Source: a virus
DNA length: 18,059 nucleotides
Virus genome (UHGV): UHGV-0072595
Reading direction: 5' to 3' (one strand)
A program made the translations under genes and the position numbers. The notes beneath the pieces are model-generated. The model was not told where the DNA came from and made no database searches. It worked only from the letters and a program-made list of their open reading frames with translations. Below are positions 1 to 8,224 of this stretch, in pieces; the first letter of the stretch is position 1, and the number at the start of each line of letters is the position of its first letter.

Positions 1-312
1 AAACTTGCCATTAACGATTCCATTTTTTCTTGTGCAGGATTTATTACCTTCTTTAATATATTCGCTTTCCCCTCCAACACATGAGGCTGAATATGGCTCA
101 GTTATACGAACCCATTCACCTTTTTTTTCTAGAAAATCTACGCCTTCCCTGAAAAATAGTTTCCCAGCCACTCCACATTTACTTGAAGGGCAGGTATGTC
201 TTTCCGTTCGATCAACAACAACCCATAGTTTTGATTCATTTTTTGCCATTGCCGATGGTATTTGAGATGAGACAATTAACGTAAGCCCTAAAATTAGTAT
301 TGATTTTTTCAT
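1..312 (-). CDS. Secreted protein of unknown function, 5' part only (gene runs off the left edge); N-terminus MKKSILILGLTLIVSSQIPSAMA then a Cys-containing mature region
   Basis: Hand translation of minus strand from ATG at 312: 104 codons with no stop to position 1; AGGAA Shine-Dalgarno 8 nt upstream; classic signal peptide (basic n-region, hydrophobic core, AxA-like site). Not in ORF track because no stop in window. Confidence 0.6.
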   Translation of the reverse strand, partial: MKKSILILGLTLIVSSQIPSAMAKNESKLWVVVDRTERHTCPSSKCGVAGKLFFREGVDFLEKKGEWVRITEPYSASCVGGESEYIKEGNKSCTRKNGIVNGKF

Positions 313-610
313 TGTAATTTCCTTTTACTTTTTACAAAGCGTTTAATCATGGCTGATTATCTCTAAGTGTAGTAACAGCCTTGTGCGAAACATGTTACCA
401 AATCGCCATTTCAGTGTATCCGCAGTTAGGCTGCCACTTCAAGGATTCCTAATTACATGGTACGTAAGCGTAAAATCCCGTTGGTTGGCGGGTAATAACT
501 CTGATCAAATCTCCCTTGTCTTTTGCTCTTACGTATGCAGCTCTTGTGTATTCAACCCAGGCCTCCAGTTCAGCAATACGCTTACTTCCATCCGAGATAA
601 CACCTTCTAC

Positions 611-889
611 TCACGCTGCTCGTTGAGTTTTGATTTTTGCTGTCTCCAGCTCAACACGCAGTTTCCCCACCGTTAGCGCAATATCCTCGTTCTCCTGGTC
701 GCGGCGTTTGATGTATTGCTGGTTTCTTTCCCGTTCATCCAACAATGCCAGCGCGATATCTGGCGAAAAGTGCTTCATAAAATCGTTAAGCGCATTAATT
801 CGCTGATCGAAAGGCATTACAGGTGCTTCACCAGCAATTTTTGTTTTTTCAGCGATTTCACGAAGCTTTTGATAATCAATCTTGCTCAC
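611..889 (-). CDS. Hypothetical protein (about 92 aa from GTG start)
   Basis: Track ORF 611..922; preferred start is GTG at 889, preceded by AAGGAGG at 6 nt spacing and overlapping the upstream stop (GTGA); no recognisable family. Confidence 0.5.
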   Translation of the reverse strand: MSKIDYQKLREIAEKTKIAGEAPVMPFDQRINALNDFMKHFSPDIALALLDERERNQQYIKRRDQENEDIALTVGKLRVELETAKIKTQRAA

Positions 890-1485
890 TGGTTGCCTCC
901 TTTGCGAATCTGTTCCGCCCATTCTTCAAGGGATTTCTCCGCATATTCACCAGACAGGCCATCAATCGGGTGCGGTTCATTAGCTAACTCTTCTTTCGCT
1001 GACAGAATCATGCGTGTAACGTCGAAAACTTCAGCCAAAGGCTTATTGATAAATCCGTGATTGAACGCAGCAGCAAGACGGCTTGCAGTGTAGTTAATCC
1101 CCTCATTGCGTGCTTCCGCGCGAATTTCAGCCAGAAAAGCATCGGTAGCTGGGTGTTCTGTCTGGCTATGCATTGCCCATTCAGATAAGTACTCGAGGCA
1201 ACGGCGAAACTCCTGCCAATCACTGCACATGTTTAGGTTTCCGCCTTCACACTCGAACTGGTAATTCTCTAAACGGTCTGCAAACGCTCTGCCATTCTCG
1301 ATGGCACCAAGTGGAGCATCATATTTCAGCCCCGCATTCTCCGCCGCCAGCGCCGCGCACTTGGCCTCCGCTTCAGCAAATTTACGCACCAGATATTCAG
1401 CGTTTGTTTCGTTAACCTTTAAATCTTGTGGGATGCATTTACCTTTTAGAAATCCATCCATCTCAATTAGTGACATTTGTTTCAT
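886..1485 (-). CDS. Hypothetical protein (about 199 aa)
   Basis: Track ORF 886..1503; preferred start ATG at 1485 forms an ATGA overlap with the upstream stop (1482-1484); no recognisable family. Confidence 0.6.
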   Translation of the reverse strand: MKQMSLIEMDGFLKGKCIPQDLKVNETNAEYLVRKFAEAEAKCAALAAENAGLKYDAPLGAIENGRAFADRLENYQFECEGGNLNMCSDWQEFRRCLEYLSEWAMHSQTEHPATDAFLAEIRAEARNEGINYTASRLAAAFNHGFINKPLAEVFDVTRMILSAKEELANEPHPIDGLSGEYAEKSLEEWAEQIRKGGNQ

Positions 1486-1664
1486 TTCTTCCCACTCCGC
1501 CACATCGCATTCAGATATTTGTTTTGATTCACTGATGGAAAAGAATTTCTCTTAAGCAATTCCTCTCTCGATGGCATTGGCTTTACGCGTTGGCGAATAA
1601 TCATTTCTGCCGGAAGAATGCCGGGATTGTATGCAAGTCCTCTCATGGTAAATTCCTCAGTCAT
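1482..1664 (-). CDS. Hypothetical small protein (about 54-60 aa; start ambiguous between ATG 1664 and ATG 1646)
   Basis: Track ORF 1482..1799 trimmed to internal ATGs; ATG 1664 overlaps the upstream stop by 8 nt, ATG 1646 has a GAGGA SD. Confidence 0.4.
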   Translation of the reverse strand: MTEEFTMRGLAYNPGILPAEMIIRQRVKPMPSREELLKRNSFPSVNQNKYLNAMWRSGKK

Positions 1665-1953
1665 TACTGATAGCGCCATAGCGTGAGCGGTAATTACGCA
1701 GGCGCGGTTCGATATATTCAGGGAAGTTGGTATATGTGGCTTTGCGGAATGGTCGGATTGATGTCTGGTAAATTCGCTCGCGTTCTTCTTTCTCTGCAAG
1801 CCATATACAGTGGCGAAATTCCTTTTCCTCTTTCGTTTCCTGCGGTAGCGACATTATCCGATCGTAGTTTTTTCTGAATTTATCCAGCACCTCCGATACG
1901 GAATTGCCGGAACAGCGGCGCGCGTCGTCCGCACCATACAGAGGCGCTGGCAT
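1657..1953 (-). CDS. Hypothetical protein (98 aa)
   Basis: Track ORF; AAGGA SD 7 nt upstream of ATG; starts 24 nt after the ssb stop. Confidence 0.55.
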   Translation of the reverse strand: MPAPLYGADDARRCSGNSVSEVLDKFRKNYDRIMSLPQETKEEKEFRHCIWLAEKEERERIYQTSIRPFRKATYTNFPEYIEPRLRNYRSRYGAISND

Positions 1954-1976
1954 AATGGAATCCTTATTTTGCTAAT

Positions 1977-2360
1977 TTAGAAGGGAATTGAATCGTCGTA
2001 TTCAGGATGATTTTGATGATTACTACTTTGCTGCTGCGGGCCATTTCCTGAAGCTGCAAATCCAATCTTTGCATTCAGTAATTCAAGAGTGATTGATTGA
2101 CCATTTTGCCCCTGATAAACATCAACCCTGATGTTTTCTCCGGTAATTTCTACAATGCCACCTTCAACAAGAACACTACGGTAGTAATCCGCTTGCGCTC
2201 CCGGCTTGGCAAATACAACGGCGCTGTAGTTTGTCCATTCTTTCTTTTTTGTCTGGCGATCGTAATACTGAACGCCAGCACGGATGTTGAATCCGATATT
2301 TTCCCCGGCCTGAAACTCTCTTACGGGCTTGTTTAGTCTTACAGTAATCGAATGTGCCAT
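1977..2360 (-). CDS. ssb: Single-stranded DNA-binding protein (phage SSB, about 127 aa)
   Basis: Track ORF 1977..2450 trimmed to ATG at 2360 (MAHSITVRLNK...); OB-fold-like N-terminus, Gly/Gln-rich linker and C-terminal acidic tail DDSIPF typical of bacterial SSB; start overlaps erf stop (TAATG). Confidence 0.85.
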   Translation of the reverse strand: MAHSITVRLNKPVREFQAGENIGFNIRAGVQYYDRQTKKKEWTNYSAVVFAKPGAQADYYRSVLVEGGIVEITGENIRVDVYQGQNGQSITLELLNAKIGFAASGNGPQQQSSNHQNHPEYDDSIPF

Positions 2361-2965
2361 TAAGCAGCCGCTCCTTCTAATTCGTCTCGTCTGATGTTGT
2401 AAACGTCCTGCGCTTTTTGCTGCTCCGGTGTGCCTTCGAGCATCTTCCACGCTTTGGCGAACGCCTGTTTAAGCTCTTCCACGGTGTTTTTCTGCAATGC
2501 TGCGTCAGTGAATGCTTTTAGAACCTGTTCAGGTGTAGGTGATGGTTTTGATTGCTTTGCTGCTGCGCTCTGCTGATGTTTATGCTCGTCTGTATCTGCA
2601 TCTTTCGCATCATCAATGCCGAACAAACCATTGAGGCAATACTTGCGTGCATAAGAGCTTGTAGCGCCCGTAACTTGTGCAGAATCCATTCCTTTCTTGC
2701 TTTCTTCCTCTCGTGCTAGTGCGGTTGCCGTATGACTGTTTTCGCCATCGGTAATAGTTGCCGTGGCTTTCACGTAATACCGATCACCAATCAACACAAC
2801 TTCATCGCTGATTGATAAAAACAGGCCATTCAGTAACGGCTTAACGCCTTCAAGAATGTCTTCGCAGCTTCTGTATTTATATTTACCGAATGAGTTGTAC
2901 TGATTCTTTGGCGCGTTCAGATTCTCCTGAATGGCTGCCAGTCTTGCGTAAAATTCTTTGCTCAT
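2360..2965 (-). CDS. erf: Erf-family single-strand annealing recombinase (P22 Erf-like, about 201 aa)
   Basis: Track ORF 2360..2995 trimmed to ATG 2965 (MSKEFYARLAAIQENLNAPKNQYNSFGKYKYRSCEDILEG...), matching my recollection of P22 Erf. Confidence 0.85.
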   Translation of the reverse strand: MSKEFYARLAAIQENLNAPKNQYNSFGKYKYRSCEDILEGVKPLLNGLFLSISDEVVLIGDRYYVKATATITDGENSHTATALAREEESKKGMDSAQVTGATSSYARKYCLNGLFGIDDAKDADTDEHKHQQSAAAKQSKPSPTPEQVLKAFTDAALQKNTVEELKQAFAKAWKMLEGTPEQQKAQDVYNIRRDELEGAAA

Positions 2966-3054
2966 ATGTTTGTTCTCAGAATGGACATGGCACAAGGAAA
3001 TAACGCTGATTTAATACTTCAGTCTTTGCCGCATTTAAAAATACGCGAACACCT

Positions 3055-3240
3055 TCACGATCTCCCTTCTGGCGATACATTAACGCCTGCTGAGTGTACA
3101 TGCGTCTCTGTAACTTGCTCTCCTTCACTGTGGTTGCAAGTGACATGCATATCTCCTTCGTTACCGATTAAATCTTTCATCTGACGAATGAATTCTTCGT
3201 CTGACCAGTTATCTGTAAAACTCATTTCCTGCGATACCAC
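3055..3240 (-). CDS. Small acidic hypothetical protein in the kil position (56-61 aa; GTG at 3240 or internal ATG)
   Basis: Track ORF; no good SD; position between the cIII-like ORF and erf. Confidence 0.3.
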   Translation of the reverse strand: MVSQEMSFTDNWSDEEFIRQMKDLIGNEGDMHVTCNHSEGEQVTETHVHSAGVNVSPEGRS

Positions 3241-3358
3241 GGAATGTTGATCGCTGATTTCATCGCTTTATTTGCTTCAAGCCACATTTTGGAATCACCA
3301 ATAAATCTGGCTATTACTGCTTTGTTCTGTGCAGCACGAAGCATCTGGTGATTAATGG

Positions 3359-3493
3359 CTATTTCATTGCGCATAACGCCTCCAGTTGTTTCTTTGCTGC
3401 TCTGATTAATTGTTTAATTCGGCGTGATAATTCAGATTCGTGCGGGTAGAAAGCGGACATGACGCCGCTACCCGCGAGCTGAAAGTGCATCAT
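3359..3493 (-). CDS. cIII-like small protein (about 44 aa)
   Basis: Track ORF 3359..3544 trimmed to ATG 3493 with AAGGAG SD at 6 nt; position (between ea10 and the recombination genes) and a short basic helical segment (ESELSRRIKQLIRAAKK) reminiscent of cIII; does not match lambda cIII closely. Confidence 0.45.
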   Translation of the reverse strand: MMHFQLAGSGVMSAFYPHESELSRRIKQLIRAAKKQLEALCAMK

Positions 3494-3568
3494 GGGTAAC
3501 TCCTTATATTTGATTGCATAACGAAAATGCCTCTCGTGAAGCATTATTGGTATGCGGTAAAGCCGCGC

Positions 3569-3937
3569 TCAGGCGGCTTTGATAGTCATATCATCTGAAT
3601 CAAATATTCCTGATGTATCGATATCGGTAATTCTTATTCCTTCGCTACCATCCATTGGAGGCCATCCTTCCTGACCATTTCCATCATTCCAGTCGAACTC
3701 ACACACAACACCATATGCATTTAAGTCGCTTGAAATTGCTATAAGCAGAGCATGTTGCGCCAGCATGATTAATACAGCATTTAATACAGCGCCGTGTTTA
3801 TTGAGTCGGTATTCAGAGTCTGACCAGAAATTATTAATCTGGTGAAGTTTTTCCTCTGTCATTACGTCATGGTCGATTTCAATTTCTATTGATGCTTTCC
3901 AGTCGTAATCAATGATGTATTTTTTGATGTTTGACAT
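3569..3937 (-). CDS. ea10: Ea10 protein (lambda early-left, 122 aa)
   Basis: Track ORF; sequence and length match my recollection of lambda Ea10; located left of ral as in lambda. Confidence 0.8.
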   Translation of the reverse strand: MSNIKKYIIDYDWKASIEIEIDHDVMTEEKLHQINNFWSDSEYRLNKHGAVLNAVLIMLAQHALLIAISSDLNAYGVVCEFDWNDGNGQEGWPPMDGSEGIRITDIDTSGIFDSDDMTIKAA

Positions 3938-3957
3938 CTATTCATATCCTCACAGAT

Positions 3958-3983
3958 AAAAAATCGCCCTCACATTGGAGGGC
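3958..3983 (-). terminator. Intrinsic terminator-like hairpin (GCCCTC/GAGGGC stem) followed by a U-tract on the leftward transcript, between ral and ea10 (tL2-like)
   Basis: Plus strand shows an A6 run then gccctcacattggagggc; on the minus strand this is hairpin plus U-run. Confidence 0.5.
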
Positions 3984-4119
3984 AAAGAAGATTTCCAATA
4001 ATCAGAACAAGTCGGCTCCTGTTTAGTTACGAGCGACATTGCTCCGTGTATTCACTCGTTGGAATGAATACACAGTGCTGTGTTTATTCTGTTGTTTATG
4101 CCAAAAATAAAGGCCACCA

Positions 4120-4320
4120 TCAGGCAGCCTTGTTATTCTGTTTACCAAGTTCTCTGGCAATCATTGCCGTCGTTCGTATTGCCCATTTATCGACATATTT
4201 CCCATCTTCCATTACAGGAAACATTTCTTCAGGCTTAACCATGCATTCCGATTGCAGCTTGCATCCATTGCATCGCTTGAATTGTCCACACCATTGATTC
4301 TTATCAATAGTCGTAGTCAT
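4120..4320 (-). CDS. ral: Ral restriction-alleviation protein (66 aa)
   Basis: Track ORF MTTTIDKNQWCGQFKRCNGCKLQSEC...; matches lambda Ral as I recall it. Confidence 0.9.
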   Translation of the reverse strand: MTTTIDKNQWCGQFKRCNGCKLQSECMVKPEEMFPVMEDGKYVDKWAIRTTAMIARELGKQNNKAA

Positions 4321-4390
4321 ACGGATAGTCCTGGTATTGTTCCATCACATCCTGCGGATGCTCTTCGAACTCTTCAAATTCTTCTTCCAT
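4304..4390 (-). CDS. Small acidic ORF (28 aa, MEEEFEEFEEHPQDVMEQYQDYPYDYDY), lambda orf28-like, overlapping the ral start by 17 nt
   Basis: Hand translation of minus strand; same size and same overlap with ral as lambda orf28 by my recollection. Confidence 0.55.
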   Translation of the reverse strand: MEEEFEEFEEHPQDVMEQYQDYPYDYDY

Positions 4391-4398
4391 ATATCACC

Positions 4399-4725
4399 TC
4401 AAATAAGTGGTTTGCTGCCTAATTTCATTTTCTGGCGACCAACACAAGTCACCCCCATTTCACTGCGTGGCTTGCTGTACCATGTGCGCTGATTCTTGCG
4501 CTCAATACGTTGCAGGTTGCTTTCAATCTGTTCGTGGTATTCAGCCAGCACTGTAAGGTCTATTGGATTCAGTGCGCTTTCTACTCGTGATTTCGGTTTG
4601 CGATTCAGCGAGAGAATAGGGCGGTTAACTGGTTTTGCGCTTACCCCAACCAACAGGGGATTTGCTGCTTTCCATTGAGCCTGTTTCTCTGCGCGACGTT
4701 CGCGGCGGCGTGTTTGTGCATCCAT
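4399..4725 (-). CDS. N: Antiterminator N (lambda N-like; C-terminal residues differ slightly from my recollection of lambda N)
   Basis: Track ORF MDAQTRRRERRAEKQAQWKAANPLLVGVSAKPVNRPILSLNRKPKSRVESALNPIDLTVLAEYH... including the arginine-rich boxB-binding motif; downstream of nutL on the pL transcript. Confidence 0.9.
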   Translation of the reverse strand: MDAQTRRRERRAEKQAQWKAANPLLVGVSAKPVNRPILSLNRKPKSRVESALNPIDLTVLAEYHEQIESNLQRIERKNQRTWYSKPRSEMGVTCVGRQKMKLGSKPLI

Positions 4726-4914
4726 CTGGATTCTCCTGTCAGTTAGCTTTGGTGATTGGATGGCCGGCGCTGAACCCCGGCTTACTGGTTAGAGCGCCCG
4801 CACTACCAGTGACGCTGTCTTGAGGCGCAGATTGGTTACTGCTTGCCATGAGCGCTGTTTATACATTGGTCGAGCATCAGCCTGCTCATTCATCCAATCC
4901 CAAAGCCTTCTGCT

Positions 4915-4945
4915 TTGAATGCTGCCCTTCTTCAGGGCTTAATTT
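4915..4945 (-). promoter_or_regulatory. nutL (boxB hairpin GCCCTGAAGAAGGGC at 4915-4929 and boxA CGCTCTTA at 4938-4945, read on the minus strand)
   Basis: Exact lambda boxA and boxB motifs seen on the reverse complement. Confidence 0.85.
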
Positions 4946-4993
4946 TTAAGAGCGTCACCTTCATGGTGGTCAGTGCGTCCTGCTGATGTGCTC

Positions 4994-5056
4994 AGTATCA
5001 CCGCCAGTGGTATTTATGTCAACACCGCCAGAGATAATTTATCACCGCAGATGGTT
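4994..5056 (-). promoter_or_regulatory. pL promoter with operators OL1 (4996-5012), OL2 (5020-5036), OL3 (5040-5056); -10 GATACT (4994-4999) and -35 TTGACA (5017-5022) on the minus strand
   Basis: Three 17-bp TATCACCGC/CAACACCGC-type operator half-site pairs identical in form to lambda OL; promoter hexamers at 17-bp spacing. Confidence 0.85.
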
Positions 5057-5202
5057 ATCTGTATGTTTTTTATATGAATTTATTTTTTGCAGGGGGGGCA
5101 TTGTTTGGTAGGTGAGAGATCTGAATTGCTATGTTTAGTGAGTTGTATCTATTTATTTTTCAATAATACAATTGGTTATGTGTTTTGGGGGCGATCGTGA
5201 GG

Positions 5203-5229
5203 CAAAGAAAACCCGGCGCTGAGGCCGGG
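5203..5229 (-). terminator. Intrinsic terminator immediately after the rexB stop (CCCGGC/GCCGGG stem plus U-tract on the minus strand), tIMM-like
   Basis: Plus strand acccggcgctgaggccggg preceded by aaagaaa; on the minus strand hairpin then UUUUCUUU. Confidence 0.6.
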
Positions 5230-5664
5230 TTATTCTTGTTCTCTGGTCAAATTATATAGTTGGAAAACAAGGATGCATATATGAATGAACGATGCAGAGG
5301 CAATGCCGATGGCGATAGTGGGTATCATGTAGCCGCTTATGCTGGAAAGAAGCAATAACCCGCAGAAAAACAAAGCTCCAAGCTCAACAAAACTAAGGGC
5401 ATAGACAATAACTACCGATGTCATATACCCATACTCTCTAATCTTGGCCAGTCGGCGCGTTCTGCTTCCGATTAGAAACGTCAAGGCAGCAATCAGGATT
5501 GCAATCATGGTTCCTGCATATGATGACAATGTCGCCCCAAGACCATCTCTATGAGCTGAAAAAGAAACACCAGGAATGTAGTGGCGGAAAAGGAGATAGC
5601 AAATGCTTACGATAACGTAAGGAATTATTACTATGTAAACACCAGGCATGATTCTGTTCCGCAT
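5230..5664 (-). CDS. rexB: RexB (membrane component of the Rex abortive-infection/exclusion system, 144 aa)
   Basis: Track ORF; multi-pass hydrophobic protein of the right size immediately downstream of rexA as in lambda. Confidence 0.9.
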   Translation of the reverse strand: MRNRIMPGVYIVIIPYVIVSICYLLFRHYIPGVSFSAHRDGLGATLSSYAGTMIAILIAALTFLIGSRTRRLAKIREYGYMTSVVIVYALSFVELGALFFCGLLLLSSISGYMIPTIAIGIASASFIHICILVFQLYNLTREQE

Positions 5665-5679
5665 AATTACTCCTGATAA

Positions 5680-6519
5680 TTAATCCTTAACTTTGCCCAC
5701 CTGCCTTTTAAAACATTCCAGTATATCACTTTTCATTCTTGCGTAGCAATATGCCATCTCTTCAGCTATCTCAGCATTGGTGACCTTGTTCAGAGGCGCT
5801 GAGAGATGGCCTTTTTCTGATAGATAATGTTCTGTTAAAATATCTCCGGCCTCATCTTTTGCCCGCAGGCTAATGTCTGAAAATTGAGGTGACGGGTTAA
5901 AAATAATATCCTTGGCAACCTTTTTTATATCCCTTTTAAATTTTGGCTTAATGACTATATCCAATGAGTCAAAAAGCTCCCCTTCAATATCTGTTGCCCC
6001 TAAGACCTTTAATATATCGCCAAATACAGGTAGCTTGGCTTCTACCTTCACCGTTGTTCGGCCGATGAAATGCATATGCATAACATCGTCTTTGGTGGTT
6101 CCCCTCATCAGTGGCTCTATCTGAACGCGCTCTCCACTGCTTAATGACATTCCTTTCCCGATTAAAAAATCTGTCAGATCGGATGTGGTCGGCCCGAAAA
6201 CAGTTCTGGCAAAACCAATGGTGTCGCCTTCAACAAACAAAAAAGATGGGAATCCCAATGATTCGTCATCTGCGAGGCTGTTCTTAATATCTTCAACTGA
6301 AGCTTTAGAGCGATTTATCTTCTGAACCAGACTCTTGTCATTTGTTTTGGTAAAGAGAAAAGTTTTTCCATCGATTTTATGAATATACAAATAATTGGAG
6401 CCAACCTGCAGGTGATGATTATCAGCCAGCAGAGAATTAAGGAAAACAGACAGGTTTATTGAGCGCTTATCTTTCCCTTTATTTTTGCTGCGGTAAGTCG
6501 CATAAAAACCATTCTTCAT
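5680..6519 (-). CDS. rexA: RexA (sensor component of the Rex system, 279 aa)
   Basis: Track ORF MKNGFYATYRSKNKGKDKRSINLSVFLNSLLADNHHLQ...; matches lambda RexA as I recall it; cotranscribed with cI. Confidence 0.9.
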   Translation of the reverse strand: MKNGFYATYRSKNKGKDKRSINLSVFLNSLLADNHHLQVGSNYLYIHKIDGKTFLFTKTNDKSLVQKINRSKASVEDIKNSLADDESLGFPSFLFVEGDTIGFARTVFGPTTSDLTDFLIGKGMSLSSGERVQIEPLMRGTTKDDVMHMHFIGRTTVKVEAKLPVFGDILKVLGATDIEGELFDSLDIVIKPKFKRDIKKVAKDIIFNPSPQFSDISLRAKDEAGDILTEHYLSEKGHLSAPLNKVTNAEIAEEMAYCYARMKSDILECFKRQVGKVKD

Positions 6520-6631
6520 AATTCAATCCATTTACTATGTTATGTTCTGAGGGGAGTGAAAATTCCCCTAATTCGATGAAGATTCTTGCTCAATTGTTAT
6601 CAGCTATGCGCCGACCAGAACACCTTGCCGA

Positions 6632-7348
<717 letters not shown>

Positions 7349-7355
7349 TTAAATC

Positions 7356-7421
7356 TATCACCGCAAGGGATAAATATCTAACACCGTGCGTGTTGACTAT
7401 TTTACCTCTGGCGGTGATAAT
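7356..7421. promoter_or_regulatory. Right operator region: OR3 (7356-7372), OR2 (7379-7395), OR1 (7403-7419) with divergent pRM (leftward) and pR (-35 TTGACT 7393-7398, -10 GATAAT 7416-7421)
   Basis: Operator sequences TATCACCGCAAGGGATA, TAACACCGTGCGTGTTG, TACCTCTGGCGGTGATA read directly; these are the lambda OR sites. Confidence 0.9.
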
Positions 7422-7436
7422 GGTTGCATGTACTAA

Positions 7437-7646
<210 letters not shown>

Positions 7647-7653
7647 ATAACCC

Positions 7654-7685
7654 CGCTCTTACACATTCCAGCCCTGAAAAAGGGC
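7654..7685 (+). promoter_or_regulatory. nutR (boxA CGCTCTTA 7654-7661; boxB GCCCTGAAAAAGGGC 7671-7685)
   Basis: Exact lambda-type boxA/boxB motifs downstream of cro. Confidence 0.85.
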
Positions 7686-7764
7686 ATCAAATTAAACCAC
7701 ACCTATGGTGTATGCATTTATTTGCATACATTCAATCAATTGTTATCTAAGGAAATACTTACAT

Positions 7765-8043
7765 ATGCAACTTACAAGTACTCGCAAGAAAGCGAATGCA
7801 ATTACAAGCAACATCCTGAATCGAATTGCTGTACGTGGTCAGCGAAAGGTTGCCGACGTGTTAGGGATTAATGAATCGCAAATTTCGCGATGGAAAGACA
7901 GCTTTATCCCAAAGATGGCCATGCTTCTGGCTGTGCTGGAATGGGGTGTTGAAGACGAGGAGTTGGCGGAACTGGCTAAGCAAGTAGCCAGAATGCTGAC
8001 AAAAGAAAAAGCCCCGAAGAACGGCGAATTCTTCGAGGCCTGA
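7765..8043 (+). CDS. cII: cII-like transcriptional activator (about 92 aa; non-lambda allele)
   Basis: Track ORF 7705..8043 trimmed to ATG 7765 (AAGGA SD; same leader as lambda cII). Shares ...[20 protein letters not shown]... with lambda cII but differs elsewhere. Confidence 0.8.
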   Translation: MQLTSTRKKANAITSNILNRIAVRGQRKVADVLGINESQISRWKDSFIPKMAMLLAVLEWGVEDEELAELAKQVARMLTKEKAPKNGEFFEA

Positions 8044-8077
8044 TGTAGAAAGACTGGATCAATCCACAGGAGTAATT

Positions 8078-8224
8078 ATGACAAAACAACTCAGTCCTTA
8101 CCAGGACAAAATTCACAAACACATACTACGTGATCGCTTCCTGTCCAGCTTCAAGCAGCCTGGTCGATTCCGGGCTGAGTTGGAAAAAGTGAAGCTGATG
8201 CAGAAGGAGAAAGGTCATGAGTAA
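8078..8224 (+). CDS. Small basic hypothetical protein (48 aa) between cII and the O-like gene
   Basis: Hand translation [48 protein letters not shown]; AGGAG SD 6 nt upstream; stop overlaps the O-like start region. Confidence 0.4.
   Translation: MTKQLSPYQDKIHKHILRDRFLSSFKQPGRFRAELEKVKLMQKEKGHE

Noticed and set aside
5-265. Plus-strand track ORF (86 aa) at the left edge
   Set aside because: Antisense to a far more convincing minus-strand gene (SD plus signal peptide, open to the window edge); no SD and odd composition
383-676. Plus-strand track ORF (97 aa)
   Set aside because: Low-complexity Ser/Cys/Leu-rich translation, no SD, opposite in orientation to every real gene in this arm; lies in an intergenic gap
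716-1555. Plus-strand track ORFs 716..1060, 1173..1415, 1301..1555
   Set aside because: All antisense to the coupled minus-strand genes; no SDs; typical shadow ORFs
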